Counted from the first letter of the stretch, positions 51,088 through 61,241 are shown. The stretch is DNA of 64,000 bases from an uncultured Alphaproteobacteria bacterium (GCA_963795825.1 CAWCIW010000002.1:164799-228798); one strand, 5' to 3'. Numbers and translations: made by a program. Notes: a model not told the origin generated them from the letters alone.

Positions 51088-51286
51088 AAGTAAGGCAAGA
51101 AAGTAGTCCTTTTTCGAGAAAAAGGACCAAAAAGCTTTTGCTCCGACGCCTGCACGATGATCGTGGCTATCGTTGCAATAGCGAGACTGGCGGAAAAGGC
51201 ACACACGCGATCAGGCCAGTCCGCGACAGCACCCCACAAAAGTTTTTTGCTTCTTTTTTTCAAAAAAGAAGGCCTTTCTTTCTTCC
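51088..51286. repeat. Palindromic repeat family, full element with mismatched (chimeric) halves
   Basis: Left inner sequence GACGCCTGCAC (long type); right inner sequence CGCGACAGC (short type). Confidence 0.9.
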
Positions 51287-51289
51287 GTC

Positions 51290-52198
51290 CTACCGCGCGT
51301 AATTCACCTTCAACACAACCATCCAAGGATACCGCGTATCCAGCACCCGCCCGTCCGGCCCCGTCAGCAACCCCGAAGCCGACACCGGAACATGCTTCAT
51401 CGTGACCGCATCGTCCACGTTCCCACCCACCACGCTAAGCGAACCCGAAGCCACCAGCACCACGATGTCGCAATGCGCGGGAAACGACGCGGCCGTCGGC
51501 AAATCGGCAAACCGCAGCCCGGACGAACGTCCGCGCCCCATGCAGATGATGTCGCCAAGCGCCGGCGCGTAACTCTGCGGCGCATAGGCGCGCAAAACGC
51601 TTGTAGAACCAGACACCGCCGCATTTATGTAAGTGGAGTGGTTCGGCGAATACGGGAAATCCCCGCCCGCGCCGGCAATGCGCATCACATACGAGATGAA
51701 CGCGGCGGACCACGCGAACTCGGAGTCGCGCCTGGCCTCGAACACCGTGCCGTCCGCATCGTGCATGCCGGTCCATGCCGCCTCGCGCTCCTCCGGCGCC
51801 TGGCCGATCCACCAATACTCGCCCACGCGCTCCCACAGGCCGGGCTCGCGCTCCGGCTTCTGGTCGGGTGGCGGGATGGGGCGGGTTTCCGGCGGATCGT
51901 CGTCCACCGGCTGACCGAACAGGCGCCACTCGCGTAGCGCGATGGCGACCGCATCGGTGCGGCTGAACGGCTCCCAGGCGTTTGCGGCGAAGGGCGGCAC
52001 GTGGCCGTCGATCACTTGCGGACCGTGGCTTTTCGGGAGCTGCACGATCGGGGTTGTGGCGCCGGTTTTGGGTTGCGTCGGTGCCGTGGCGCAGGCGGAT
52101 ACGCAGACCGCCAAAGCAAGGGAGAAAGGCCTTCTTTTTTGAAAAAAAGAAGCAAAAAACTTTTGGATGTTTTGGCCTCGTGAACCTGGAAAGTGCAT
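51290..52198 (-). CDS. DUF2272-domain lipoprotein
   Basis: ATG 52198 overlaps the upstream TAA (TAATG); lipobox VSAC; WSAAFISYVM, HSTYI, GDIIC, HCDIVV, GGNV. Confidence 0.85.
   Translation of the reverse strand: MHFPGSRGQNIQKFFASFFQKRRPFSLALAVCVSACATAPTQPKTGATTPIVQLPKSHGPQVIDGHVPPFAANAWEPFSRTDAVAIALREWRLFGQPVDDDPPETRPIPPPDQKPEREPGLWERVGEYWWIGQAPEEREAAWTGMHDADGTVFEARRDSEFAWSAAFISYVMRIAGAGGDFPYSPNHSTYINAAVSGSTSVLRAYAPQSYAPALGDIICMGRGRSSGLRFADLPTAASFPAHCDIVVLVASGSLSVVGGNVDDAVTMKHVPVSASGLLTGPDGRVLDTRYPWMVVLKVNYAR
52116..52166. repeat. Palindromic repeat family, solo arm inside a coding sequence
   Basis: GCAAGGGAGAAAGGCCTTCTTTTTTGAAAAAAAGAAGCAAAAAACTTTTGG. Confidence 0.9.
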
Positions 52199-53046
52199 TA
52201 CTGGCAACGGGTTTTCGGCGGTTTCGGGTCGTAGCCGGCCAGGCCGGGCACGCCGTAGCCGGGGACCACCAGGTTCTCCAGGTCCTCCGCCTCCGGGTCT
52301 CTGCCGAACCATTGTTTCGACAGGCGCGCCACCGTGCCGTCCATCTTCAAGCAGCGCAGGGCGTCCTCCATCTCTTCGCGCAATTCCGGGTCGGACCGCC
52401 TGACCGCGGCACTCTGATGCGTGCGTGTCTCCGGCAACGGCAGCGCGGTCACGTAGTTCGTATTCTGCGCCGCCGCGTAGCCCTGCACGGTGCTGCCGGA
52501 CAGGCTGGCATCCGCCTGGTTGTCGATCACCGCCTGGGCCGCACTCGCGCTGCTCGGCACCGGCAGCACGGTGAAGCCGTAGCGCTGGGCATTCCGGTTC
52601 GCCCATTCCGCATAGACGCTGGCGATGCGCACCGCCAGCCGCTTGCCGCGCAGCTCCGGCAGCGCCGTCAGGTGATCGCCGCGCCGCACGCCGAACTGGA
52701 ACTCCGACCAGCTATATCCCTCAAGCAGGAGCATGGCGCCGGCATGCTCCGGCGTGGCCGCGATCGGCCCGGGCAGCGTGTCGTATTTGCCCTTCTCCAG
52801 ATCCTCGAACAGCACGTGCTGCGGCGCCGTGCTGAACGCGATCTGCCGCTGCATGCGGGCGGCCACCAGGCGGAACAGCTCGATGGTGAAGCCGGTCAAC
52901 GCGCCATGCGCATCCTTCATCACGTAAGGCGGTGCATCCTCCAGCACCCCGGCGCGCAATGGCGGCTCGGCCGCGCCCGGCTCGCCCGCGCCCGCTGCGC
53001 CGGTGAATACGCACGCGAGAACCAGGGCAATTCGGAACAGGCGCAT
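52198..53046 (-). CDS. Polar amino-acid-type ABC substrate-binding protein
   Basis: Signal peptide, DAPPY, LTGFTIEL, LRCLKMDGTVARLSKQWFG. Confidence 0.87.
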   Translation of the reverse strand: MRLFRIALVLACVFTGAAGAGEPGAAEPPLRAGVLEDAPPYVMKDAHGALTGFTIELFRLVAARMQRQIAFSTAPQHVLFEDLEKGKYDTLPGPIAATPEHAGAMLLLEGYSWSEFQFGVRRGDHLTALPELRGKRLAVRIASVYAEWANRNAQRYGFTVLPVPSSASAAQAVIDNQADASLSGSTVQGYAAAQNTNYVTALPLPETRTHQSAAVRRSDPELREEMEDALRCLKMDGTVARLSKQWFGRDPEAEDLENLVVPGYGVPGLAGYDPKPPKTRCQ

Positions 53047-53069
53047 CGGCAGCCTCACGGAATGATCGT

Positions 53070-55569
53070 TCACTGGTTGCGCAACAAACTGGCCGGCCGC
53101 ACGCGCAGCGCCGCCGCCGTCCCGGCATAGCCGAAAACCAGCATGAGCACCACGCAGCCGCCTACCGTCAGCGCCAGCGTTCCGGGCAGGATACTGCCAG
53201 GGTGCCTGCAGCAGGAAACGCGTCACCGCCCAGCTCGCCAGGGTGCCGAGCACGCAGGCGATCAGCCCGGCCGCCGCCCCGATGGCGCCGAACTCCACCA
53301 TCCAGGCGGCGCGTATCTGGCCGCTGGTGGCGCCCAGCGTGCGCAGCACCACCGCGTCGGCGATGCGGCGGCGCTGCCCGGCCGCCACCGCGCCGGCCAG
53401 CACCAGCGCGCCGGATACCAGCGTAACCCCGCCGGCGGCCGCCATCGCCGCGCCCAGCCTGCCCACCAGCTCGGCGATGCTCGCCAGCACGTCGGCCACG
53501 CGTATGCCGGTCACGTTGGGCAGCGCGTCGGTCACCCGGCGCAGCAGCCCGGCATCCTGCGCCGGCGGGTCGCGCAGCGTGGCGATGTGCATCTGCGGGG
53601 CATGCTCGAGCAGGCCGGGTGCGGCGACGAGGGTGAAGTTGATGGTCAGCGCCCGCCAGTCGATCGCGCGCAGATTGGCCACGCGGAAATCGATGTCGCG
53701 GCCGAGCACGTTGGCGCGCAGCGTGTCGCCCACATGCAGGCCCCAGCCGCGCGCCAGGCCGTCGTCGAGCGAAACCAGCGGCGGGCCGGCATAGTCGGCG
53801 GGCCACCATTTGCCCTCCGTCACCCGCGAGCCATCCGGCACGCCGGCCGAATAGGTGAGACCGCGATCGCCACGCAGTGCCCATTTTGCGCCGGGCGCCA
53901 CCGTCGCGCGATCCACCGGCACGCCGCGCAAAGCCACGATGCGGGCGCGCAGGCTTGGCACCACGTGCAAGGCGCTGGTGCCCGGCGTGTCGGCAACGAG
54001 CGCCCGGAAACGGTCGAGCTGATCGTTCTGGATGTCGATGAAGAAGAAGCTCGGCGCGGTTTTCGGCACGGCGCCCTCGAACTGGCCGCGTATGTTGCCC
54101 TCGATGAGCGCCACGGTGGCCAGCGTGGTCAGCCCCAGCCCGAGCGCCGCGAGCAGCAGCGGCGTGGCGCTGCCGGGGCGATGCAGATTGGCCAGGCCGA
54201 GCCGGAGCCAGGCGGGGCGCGCGGCCGGCAGGGCGGTGGCCGCGCGCATCAGCAGCCAGGCGCCGCCGCGATACGTGGCCAATGTCAGCAGCGCGCCGGC
54301 GCAGAACCACAGCGCAAACCGCCGGTCCGCCGCGGTGGCCACGATCAGCACGGCGAGCACCCCGCCCAGCGCCAGGTTGGCCGCGAGCACGCGTCGGCTC
54401 GCCCCGCCGGACGGCAGCACGGCGTCGCGGAACAGGGCCGCGCCGGAGATGCGGGCGGCGCGGCCGAGCGGCCAGAGCGCGAAGCTGGCCGCGGTGAGCA
54501 GGCCGTAGAGCGCGGCGAGCAGCAGCGGGACGGGATAGAGGCCGGTCTCGGCCGGCAACGGCAGCAGGTCGCCGAACAGCGCCAGGCCGAGCACGGGCAG
54601 CGCCGCGCCTACCACCACGCCTATCGCGATCCCGGCCGCACAGAGCAGCCCCACCTGCAGCGCGAACACCCCGGCCACCAGCCGGGCCGAGGCGCCGATG
54701 CAGCGCAGGATGGCAATGGTGCGCGCGCGGCCCTCGAGCCAGGCGCGCACCCCTGTCGCCACCCCGATGCCGCCGACGAGCAGCGCGGAGAGCCCCACCA
54801 GCACCAGGAACAGGCTGGTCTGGCGCACCGCCTGGTCGAGCCCGGCAGCGGCCTGGGCGGCGTCGCGCACCCGCCAGCCGGTGTCCGGAAACGCCTGACG
54901 CAGGGCGGCGATGAACGGCGCCGTGCCGGTGCCTGGCGGCAGCACCACGCGCCAGTCATGCGTCAGCAGAGAGCCGGGCTGGATGAGGCCGGTGGCGGGC
55001 AGGTCCGCGGCCGCGATCATCACCCGCGGGCCCAGCACGCTGAAGCCGCCGGCGCGGTCCGGCTCGCGCACCAAAGCCGCGCGCAGGGTGAAGCCGGCGT
55101 TGCCGAGGCGGATGGTGTCGCCCGGGTGCAGGCCGAGGCGCTGCAGCACCAGCGGGTCCGCGACCACGCCGCGTCCCGCCAGCATCCGCACCAGCGGCAA
55201 CGGCGGATCGAGCACCGGCGCGCCGAGCAGCGGGTAGGCCTGGTCCACGGCCTTGAGCTCCACCAGCACGCGGTCGCCGGAGGCGGCCACCGCCAGGGTG
55301 CGCAGCAGCACCACCGCGGAGATGCGGCCGCCGCGCGCTGCGATCCAGTGGCGCAGCGTGTCGGGCAGGGGGTCGGCGCCGCTTTCTATGGAGATGTCGC
55401 CGCCCAGGAGCCGGGCGCCGTCGGTGGCCAGGCCGCGATCGACGGCGGCGCGCAGGCTGCCGACCGCGGCGATCGCGGCTACGCCGAGGGCCAGGCAGGC
55501 GAGGACGACGCGCATGCCGCGCAGGCCGCCGCGTAGGTCTCTGAGGGCCAGGCGCCAGGCTAGGTGCAT
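53070..55569 (-). CDS. FtsX-like ABC permease (YbbP-like; +1 indel near 53190)
   Basis: LALRDLRGG, LLGGDI, PSFFFIDIQ, LRTLGAT. With the indel corrected it ends RPASLLRNQ-stop at 53070. Confidence 0.9.
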
Positions 55570-55581
55570 GCGGGGATGGCC

Positions 55582-55769
55582 GAAGGAAGAAAGTAGTCCT
55601 TTTTCGAGAAAAAGGACCAAAAAGCTTTTGCTATGACGCCTGCATCAGCTTCTACGGCCGTTCTGCCGGTGCGGATGCTGGCAGACTCAGTGTGCGCATT
55701 CGTGCAGGCGTCGGAGCAAAAGCTTTTTGGTCCTTTTTCTCGAAAAAGGACTACTTTCTTGCCTTCCTT
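55582..55769. repeat. Palindromic repeat family, full element, long core, between ABC ATPase and permease
   Basis: Two AAAGTAGTCC-type arms; GACGCCTGCA...TGCAGGCGTC. Confidence 0.95.
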
Positions 55770-56488
55770 CACGCCGAAACCGCCTCACGCACCCGACCAT
55801 CCTGCATATGCAGCCGCCGCCCGCACCGCGCCGCCAAAGCCGGATCGTGCGTAATAAGCAGCAACGTTGTCCCCCGCCGCGCCTGCAACGCGAACAGCAG
55901 ATCCATCACCGCGCGCCCGGTCGCCAGGTCCAGATTGCCGGTCGGCTCGTCGGCCAGCAGCAGTCGCGGCTCCGGGGCAAAGGCGCGGGCCAGCGCCACG
56001 CGCTGCTGCTCGCCGCCGGAGAGCTGGCCGGGCAGATGGGTCAGCCGGTGCCCCAGCCCCACCGCCACCAGGCTCTCGCGCGCCCGCGCCACGGCGTCGG
56101 GCGCTGCGGCAAGTTCCAGCGGCAGCGCCACGTTCTCCAGTGCGGTCATCGTCGGGATCAGGTGGAACGACTGGAACACGATGCCGACGCTCTGGCGGCG
56201 CAATCTGGCCAGCGCGTCCTCGCCCAGCGCCGTCAGGTCATGGCCGTCGACCAGCACGCGGCCGGCGGTGGCGCGCTCCAGCCCCGCCAGCACCATCAGC
56301 AAGCTGGTCTTGCCGGAGCCGGAGGGCCCCACGAGGCCGACGGACTCGCCGGAAGCGATGTCGAGATCGATGCCGGCCAGGATGTTGACCGGACCGGAGG
56401 CCGCCCCCACCGTGAGCGCGAGGCCGCGCGCCTGCACCAGAGGCGGGGCGCCGCCGGCAGGTTGGGAGAGAGGGGGTATCGTGTCCAT
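55769..56488 (-). CDS. ABC ATP-binding protein (YbbA-like)
   Basis: GPSGSGKT, FQSFHL, LSGGEQQRVALARA, ADEPTGNLD. Confidence 0.93.
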   Translation of the reverse strand: MDTIPPLSQPAGGAPPLVQARGLALTVGAASGPVNILAGIDLDIASGESVGLVGPSGSGKTSLLMVLAGLERATAGRVLVDGHDLTALGEDALARLRRQSVGIVFQSFHLIPTMTALENVALPLELAAAPDAVARARESLVAVGLGHRLTHLPGQLSGGEQQRVALARAFAPEPRLLLADEPTGNLDLATGRAVMDLLFALQARRGTTLLLITHDPALAARCGRRLHMQDGRVREAVSA

Positions 56489-57149
56489 TGCTCGTCGATA
56501 TGGACTGTCGCGTGCCGCAGCGAAGACCGCGCTTCTGCTTTTCGTGTCAGCAAGCGTGACAGCAGGGGCGAACGCCTGGGCCGCGCCGCCGGTCAAGGCG
56601 CCCGTCAAGCTGCTGGTGTTCGGTGACTCGCTGGTGGCCGGCTACGGCCTGCCCACCGCCGACGGCTTCCAGGCCCGGCTCGGCGCGGCGCTCAAGGCGG
56701 ACGGCTACGATGTGCGCATACTCGATGGCGGCGTGTCCGGCGACACGTCCGCCGGCGGCCGCGCCCGCATCGACTGGGCGCTGGGCGACGCGCCGGACGC
56801 GGCGATCGTGGAACTCGGCGCCAATGACGGCCTGCGCGGCAGCGATCCCGCCCAGATGCAGGCCAACCTCGCGGCGATACTCGACACGCTGGACGCCCAT
56901 CACGTGCGCACGCTGCTGACCGGCATGGAGGCGCCGCCTAATCTGGGGGTCGCGTATGGCGCGCAGTTCCGAAATGTGTTTGCAGCTTTGGGGAAGCGGA
57001 ACGGCCTGCTGTTCGACCGGTTTTTCCTGGATGGCGTAGCAGGAAACAAGTCGCTCACGCAGGACGATGGCCTGCATCCCAACGCCGCGGGGGTGCGTGT
57101 GGAAGTAGCGCGGCTGAAGCCCCTGGTGGAGCAACTGCTAGGAAAGTGA
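56481..57149 (+). CDS. tesA: Arylesterase / acyl-CoA thioesterase I (SGNH; start uncertain)
   Basis: GDSLVAGYG, GVSGDT, ELGANDGLRG, DGLHPN; divergent from ybbA-like gene as in E. coli. Confidence 0.9.
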   Translation: MSIARRYGLSRAAAKTALLLFVSASVTAGANAWAAPPVKAPVKLLVFGDSLVAGYGLPTADGFQARLGAALKADGYDVRILDGGVSGDTSAGGRARIDWALGDAPDAAIVELGANDGLRGSDPAQMQANLAAILDTLDAHHVRTLLTGMEAPPNLGVAYGAQFRNVFAALGKRNGLLFDRFFLDGVAGNKSLTQDDGLHPNAAGVRVEVARLKPLVEQLLGK

Positions 57150-57170
57150 GAGGCCTATATCCAGCCTGGG

Positions 57171-57237
57171 CGCGACAGCACGAACCAAAAGTTTTTTGCT
57201 TCTTTTTTGCAAAAAAGAAGGCCTTGCCTGCCTTGCC
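57171..57237. repeat. Palindromic repeat family, solo right arm
   Basis: CGCGACAGCACGAACCAAAAGTTTTTTGCTTCTTTTTTGCAAAAAAGAAGGCCTTGCCTGCCTTGCC. Confidence 0.9.
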
Positions 57238-57307
57238 CAGCCAACCGGCCCAGTGCTTACGGGGCGGTATAACCTTTTGGTAAGCCAACCGCGTCAGACT
57301 GCCATCG

Positions 57308-58171
57308 ATGCAAACCGGTGGATCATTACGCGTGGCGGATATCAAGGCCTGGAAGCATGCGGAGTCGCTGGCGGTGGCGCCACCCGCGCCGGCGGCGACA
57401 CGCTGGCCGAACAGCAGGGTCGCCGCGGTCGAGGCGCTCTGGGGCGCGGGCTATGCCGGGCCTGGTGGCGAGCCGGAAATGCTGCGCCTGGTTAAGCCGC
57501 TGGCGCTGTCCTCCAGCGTGACGGTGCTGCTGCTGGGCGGCGGCTTCGGCGGGCCGGCACAGACCATTTCCTCCCATTTCGGCGCCTGGGTCAGCAGCTT
57601 CGAGGCGGACCAGGAGCAGCGCGCGATCGCCATTTCGCGTTGCGCGCCGCCGGACCAGGGCCAGCCGCGCGTCTCTGTCGGCACGTGGGACCGCGCGGCG
57701 CCGGCCTTCCGGCCCCGCTGCGCCAATCATGCGTTCCTGATCGAGGCGCTGCGCGGCGCCGGCGCAGTTCCGGTGCTTGAAAGCCTGGCGACCGCGCTCT
57801 CGGCGAACAGCCAGATCGTGCTGACCGAACTGGTGGCCGATACCCCGCCGAGCGAGAACGACCGGGAGTTCGCCGCCTGGTGCCGGCTTGATAACCGGTT
57901 GCCGCGCCTGCCAAAGGCCGCCGAGGTGTCGGACGCATTCGAGAATCTGGGCTATGAGGTCCGGGTGGCCGAGGATATGAGCGACCGGCACATCACCCAG
58001 ACATTGTCCGGCTGGCGCGAGGCGGTGCGCGCGATGGCGGCCGGCCCCCGCCCGGCGGCGCATACGGCGGCCGCTTTCGTGACCGAGGCCGAGCTGTGGC
58101 TGCTGCGAATCCGGCTGATGCGCCGGCTCGGCGTGCGGCTCATGCGGTGGCACGCGATCCGCTCGGCTTGA
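57308..58171 (+). CDS. Class I SAM methyltransferase-like hypothetical protein
   Basis: [21 protein letters not shown] (degenerate motif I), [11 protein letters not shown]. Confidence 0.65.
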   Translation: MQTGGSLRVADIKAWKHAESLAVAPPAPAATRWPNSRVAAVEALWGAGYAGPGGEPEMLRLVKPLALSSSVTVLLLGGGFGGPAQTISSHFGAWVSSFEADQEQRAIAISRCAPPDQGQPRVSVGTWDRAAPAFRPRCANHAFLIEALRGAGAVPVLESLATALSANSQIVLTELVADTPPSENDREFAAWCRLDNRLPRLPKAAEVSDAFENLGYEVRVAEDMSDRHITQTLSGWREAVRAMAAGPRPAAHTAAAFVTEAELWLLRIRLMRRLGVRLMRWHAIRSA

Positions 58172-58256
58172 CATAGGCGGGCCGGAGCGGCTATCCGCGC
58201 CCCTCCCGATCGGCCAGCCCGATCTGCGTCCGCCGCTTCCAAACCAAGGTCGTGTC

Positions 58257-58382
58257 ATGAAGATCCGCAACAGCCTCCGCGCTGCAAAAACCCGCGACAA
58301 GAACTGCCGCGTCGTGCGCCGGCGTGGGCGGGTTTACGTGATCAACAAGAAGAACCCTCGGATGAAGGCGCGTCAGGGGTAG
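58257..58382 (+). CDS. rpmJ: 50S ribosomal protein L36 (type B, 41 aa; absent from the ORF track)
   Basis: [41 protein letters not shown]. Confidence 0.96.
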   Translation: MKIRNSLRAAKTRDKNCRVVRRRGRVYVINKKNPRMKARQG

Positions 58383-58386
58383 GCTG

Positions 58387-58444
58387 GGCAAGGCCAGGGG
58401 CTCTGCCCCTGGACCCCGTTGGGGTCGGAAACCCCAAACCCCCT
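58387..58444. repeat. GC-rich double-hairpin REP-like sequence
   Basis: GGGCAAGG-CCAGGGGC TCT GCCCCTGG-ACCCC-GTTGGGGT CGGAA ACCCCAA; single copy in the window. Confidence 0.6.
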
Positions 58445-58499
58445 AAAGTTTACGCGGGTTTTGCTTGTTTTGTTGCGGGCTTGGGCCAAATCTCGCTGC

Positions 58500-59927
58500 A
58501 TGATCGCGCAGACAACCGCCAAGCCTGACATCCTTGCCCGCCGCGACGAGATCGTGGCAGCGCTTCATGCGCTCCTGCCGGGTGACGGCGTTATCGCCGA
58601 GCCTCGCCGTCTAAAGCCCTACGAGACGGACGGCCTCTCCGCCTACCGCCAGCCGCCTCTGGCCGTGGTCCTGCCGGAGACGACCGAGCAGGTGGCCGCC
58701 ATTCTCCGCTACTGCCATTCCATCGGGCTGCGGGTAATCCCGCGCGGCGCCGGCACGTCGCTGGCCGGCGGCGCGCTGCCGCTGGAAGATGCGGTGGTGA
58801 TCGGCATGATGCGGATGAACGCCATACTCGATATCGACTACGCGGATCGCTGCGCCACCGTGCAGGCCGGCGTCACCAACCTGGCGATCACCGGCGCGGT
58901 CTCCGCCGAGGGCTTCTTCTACGCGCCGGACCCCTCCAGCCAGCTCGCCTGCATGATCGGCGGCAATGTGGGGATGAATTCCGGCGGCGCGCACTGCCTG
59001 AAATACGGCGTGACCGCCAACAACCTGCTCGGCCTGCGCATCGTGACCATCGACGGCGAAATCATCGACATCGGCGGCGCCCATCTGGATGCGGCGGGCT
59101 ATGACTGGCTCGGCCTGCTCACCGGCAGCGAGGGCATGCTGGCGATGGTGACCGAGGTGACGGTGCGCATCCTGCGGGCGCCGGAAGGGGCCCGCGCCAT
59201 GCTCGTGGGCTATGGCAGCAACGAGGTGGCCGGCGCCTGCGTGGACGCGATCATCGGCGCCGGCATCATCCCGGTGGCGCTCGAATTCATGGACAAGCCG
59301 GCGATCCACGCCTGCGAGGCGTTCGCCCATGCCGGCTACCCGATGGATGCCGAGGCGCTGCTGATCATCGAGGTGGAGGGCAGCGTCGCCGAGCAGGACG
59401 CGTTGCTGGCGCGCATCGGCGACATCTGCCGCGAGTTTGCGCCCGTCAGCCTGCGCATCTCGCAATCCGATGCGGAGAGTGCCGCGATCTGGAAGGGCCG
59501 CAAGGGAGCGTTCGGCGCGGTGGGCCGCATCAGCCCGGATTATCTCTGCATGGACGGAACGATCCCGACGAGCCGCTTGCCGGAAACATTGCGCCGTATC
59601 GGCGAGATGACGGAGGCCGCGCGCCTGAAGGTTTGCAACATATTCCACGCCGGCGACGGCAATCTGCACCCGCTGATAATGTTCGACGCCAACGATCCCG
59701 ACAGTTTCCACCGTGCCGAAGTGCTTGGCGCGGACATACTGAAACTATGCGTGGAGGTGGGCGGCTGCCTGACCGGCGAGCATGGCGTGGGCGTGGAAAA
59801 GCGCGACCTGATGTCCGTGCAATTCACTGCAGCCGAGCTCGACCAGCAACGCAAGCTGAAGAGCGCGTTCGATCCCGGATGGCTTCTAAACCCGTCAAAG
59901 GTGTTCCCACTCCTGGCGGACGCCTAG
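58500..59927 (+). CDS. glcD: Glycolate oxidase FAD-linked subunit
   Basis: PRGAGTSLAGG, APDPSSQ, GGAHCLKYG, FHAGDGNLHP, GEHGVGVEK. Confidence 0.95.
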   Translation: MIAQTTAKPDILARRDEIVAALHALLPGDGVIAEPRRLKPYETDGLSAYRQPPLAVVLPETTEQVAAILRYCHSIGLRVIPRGAGTSLAGGALPLEDAVVIGMMRMNAILDIDYADRCATVQAGVTNLAITGAVSAEGFFYAPDPSSQLACMIGGNVGMNSGGAHCLKYGVTANNLLGLRIVTIDGEIIDIGGAHLDAAGYDWLGLLTGSEGMLAMVTEVTVRILRAPEGARAMLVGYGSNEVAGACVDAIIGAGIIPVALEFMDKPAIHACEAFAHAGYPMDAEALLIIEVEGSVAEQDALLARIGDICREFAPVSLRISQSDAESAAIWKGRKGAFGAVGRISPDYLCMDGTIPTSRLPETLRRIGEMTEAARLKVCNIFHAGDGNLHPLIMFDANDPDSFHRAEVLGADILKLCVEVGGCLTGEHGVGVEKRDLMSVQFTAAELDQQRKLKSAFDPGWLLNPSKVFPLLADA

Positions 59928-59996
59928 GATTGCAAGCAGCCTTGGTTGCCAAAGCGGCTTTTGTAGAACCTGCGCGGAAGCCGATGCGACCGGGAC

Positions 59997-60043
59997 GCAA
60001 AAGTTTTTTGGTTCTTTTTTTCAAAAAAGAACTGCTTTCTTCC
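59997..60043. repeat. Palindromic repeat family, solo right arm abutting the glcE start
   Basis: GCAAAAGTTTTTTGGTTCTTTTTTTCAAAAAAGAACTGCTTTCTTCC. Confidence 0.9.
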
Positions 60044-60044
60044 T

Positions 60045-61235
60045 ATGCTTGAACCTGCCAACGAAGCCGAACTCTGCGAGCAAGTAGCCGAAGCTCACGC
60101 CATCAACGAGCCGCTCTGCGTGCAGGGCGCCGGCACGAAACTGGGCATGCTACGCCCCGTGCAAGCCGCAAGAAGCCTGAGCACGCGCTGCCTGACCGGC
60201 ACCACGCTATATGCGCCAAAGGAGCTGGTGTTCTCCGCCCGCAGCGGCACCAAGCTAGCCGACGTGCAGACGATGCTCGCCGAACATGGGCAGCATCTGA
60301 TCGCCGAGCCACCGGATTACGCGCGGCTGCTTGGCACGGCGTCGGGCGCGCAGACGTTGGGCGGCGTCACGGCGACCAATCTGTCAGGGCCGCGGCGTGT
60401 CGCTTGGGGGGCGATGCGCGACCACGTTCTCGGCATGCGGGCGGTGGACGGGACCGGTGCATTGCGGCGGGCAGGCGGGCGCGTGCTGAAGAACGTGACG
60501 GGGTTGGATATCTGCAAGCTGCTGACGGGAAGCCATGGCACGCTGGGCGTGATGACGGAGATTACGCTGAAGGTGTTACCGGCGCCTGAATCGAGCGGAA
60601 CGCTGGTGTTTTCCGGGTTGGATGCGGTGCGCGGCGTGGCGGCTCTGTCGGCGGCGCTGGGCAGCCCGTATGGCGTGTCCGGTGCGGCGTATCTGCCGGA
60701 GGAGGCCGCCGCGCGGCTGGGTCTGCCGGGCGCCGTGGCGCTGGTGCGCATCGAGGAGTTCCGGGCGAGCGTGGCCTATCGGCTCGGGCGGCTGCAAGGC
60801 GAGATGGCGGCGTTTGGTGCCGCCGACTTGCTGGACGAGGCGGCTAGCCTGGCCGCATGGGCGGCGATACGCGATGCTACCGTGCTGCCGGCTGAGCATA
60901 CGGACGCCATCTGGCGGGTATCTGTCCGGCCCTCCGCGGGGCCTGGCGTGCTGGCAGCGGCTAATGCGGCTGGCGTGCGCGGGTATCTCGATTGGGGCGG
61001 CGGGTTGCTGATGCTCGCAGGGCCGGCCAGCGAGGCGGCGCATCTTGCGATCGCGGGCGCGGCGGCGGCCGGTGGTGGGGTGTGGACATTGATGCGCGCG
61101 CCTGAGCCGTTGCGTGCGGCGGTGGACGTGGTGCCGCGCGAGGCGGCGCCGTTGCGTGCAATTGCGCGCCGGGTGAAGGAGGTGATGGATCCGCGCGGCA
61201 TCCTGAACCCCGGGCGCCTTGCGGCAGGTATGTAG
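60045..61235 (+). CDS. glcE: Glycolate oxidase subunit GlcE
   Basis: NLSGPRR, GGRVLKNVTGLD, DWGGGL, DPRGILNPGR. Confidence 0.93.
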   Translation: MLEPANEAELCEQVAEAHAINEPLCVQGAGTKLGMLRPVQAARSLSTRCLTGTTLYAPKELVFSARSGTKLADVQTMLAEHGQHLIAEPPDYARLLGTASGAQTLGGVTATNLSGPRRVAWGAMRDHVLGMRAVDGTGALRRAGGRVLKNVTGLDICKLLTGSHGTLGVMTEITLKVLPAPESSGTLVFSGLDAVRGVAALSAALGSPYGVSGAAYLPEEAAARLGLPGAVALVRIEEFRASVAYRLGRLQGEMAAFGAADLLDEAASLAAWAAIRDATVLPAEHTDAIWRVSVRPSAGPGVLAAANAAGVRGYLDWGGGLLMLAGPASEAAHLAIAGAAAAGGGVWTLMRAPEPLRAAVDVVPREAAPLRAIARRVKEVMDPRGILNPGRLAAGM

Positions 61236-61241
61236 GGAAAT

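Noticed and set aside
53143-55536. Long antisense ORFs (e.g. 797 aa here, 665 aa at 44626, 484 aa at 11572)
   Set aside because: Shadow frames of real genes, expected in high-GC DNA, with no recognisable motifs.
52198-55620. 1140-aa permease plus substrate-binding protein fusion
   Set aside because: Artefact of a +1 indel near 53190. The permease ends at 53070 and the binding protein has its own ATG and signal peptide at 53046.
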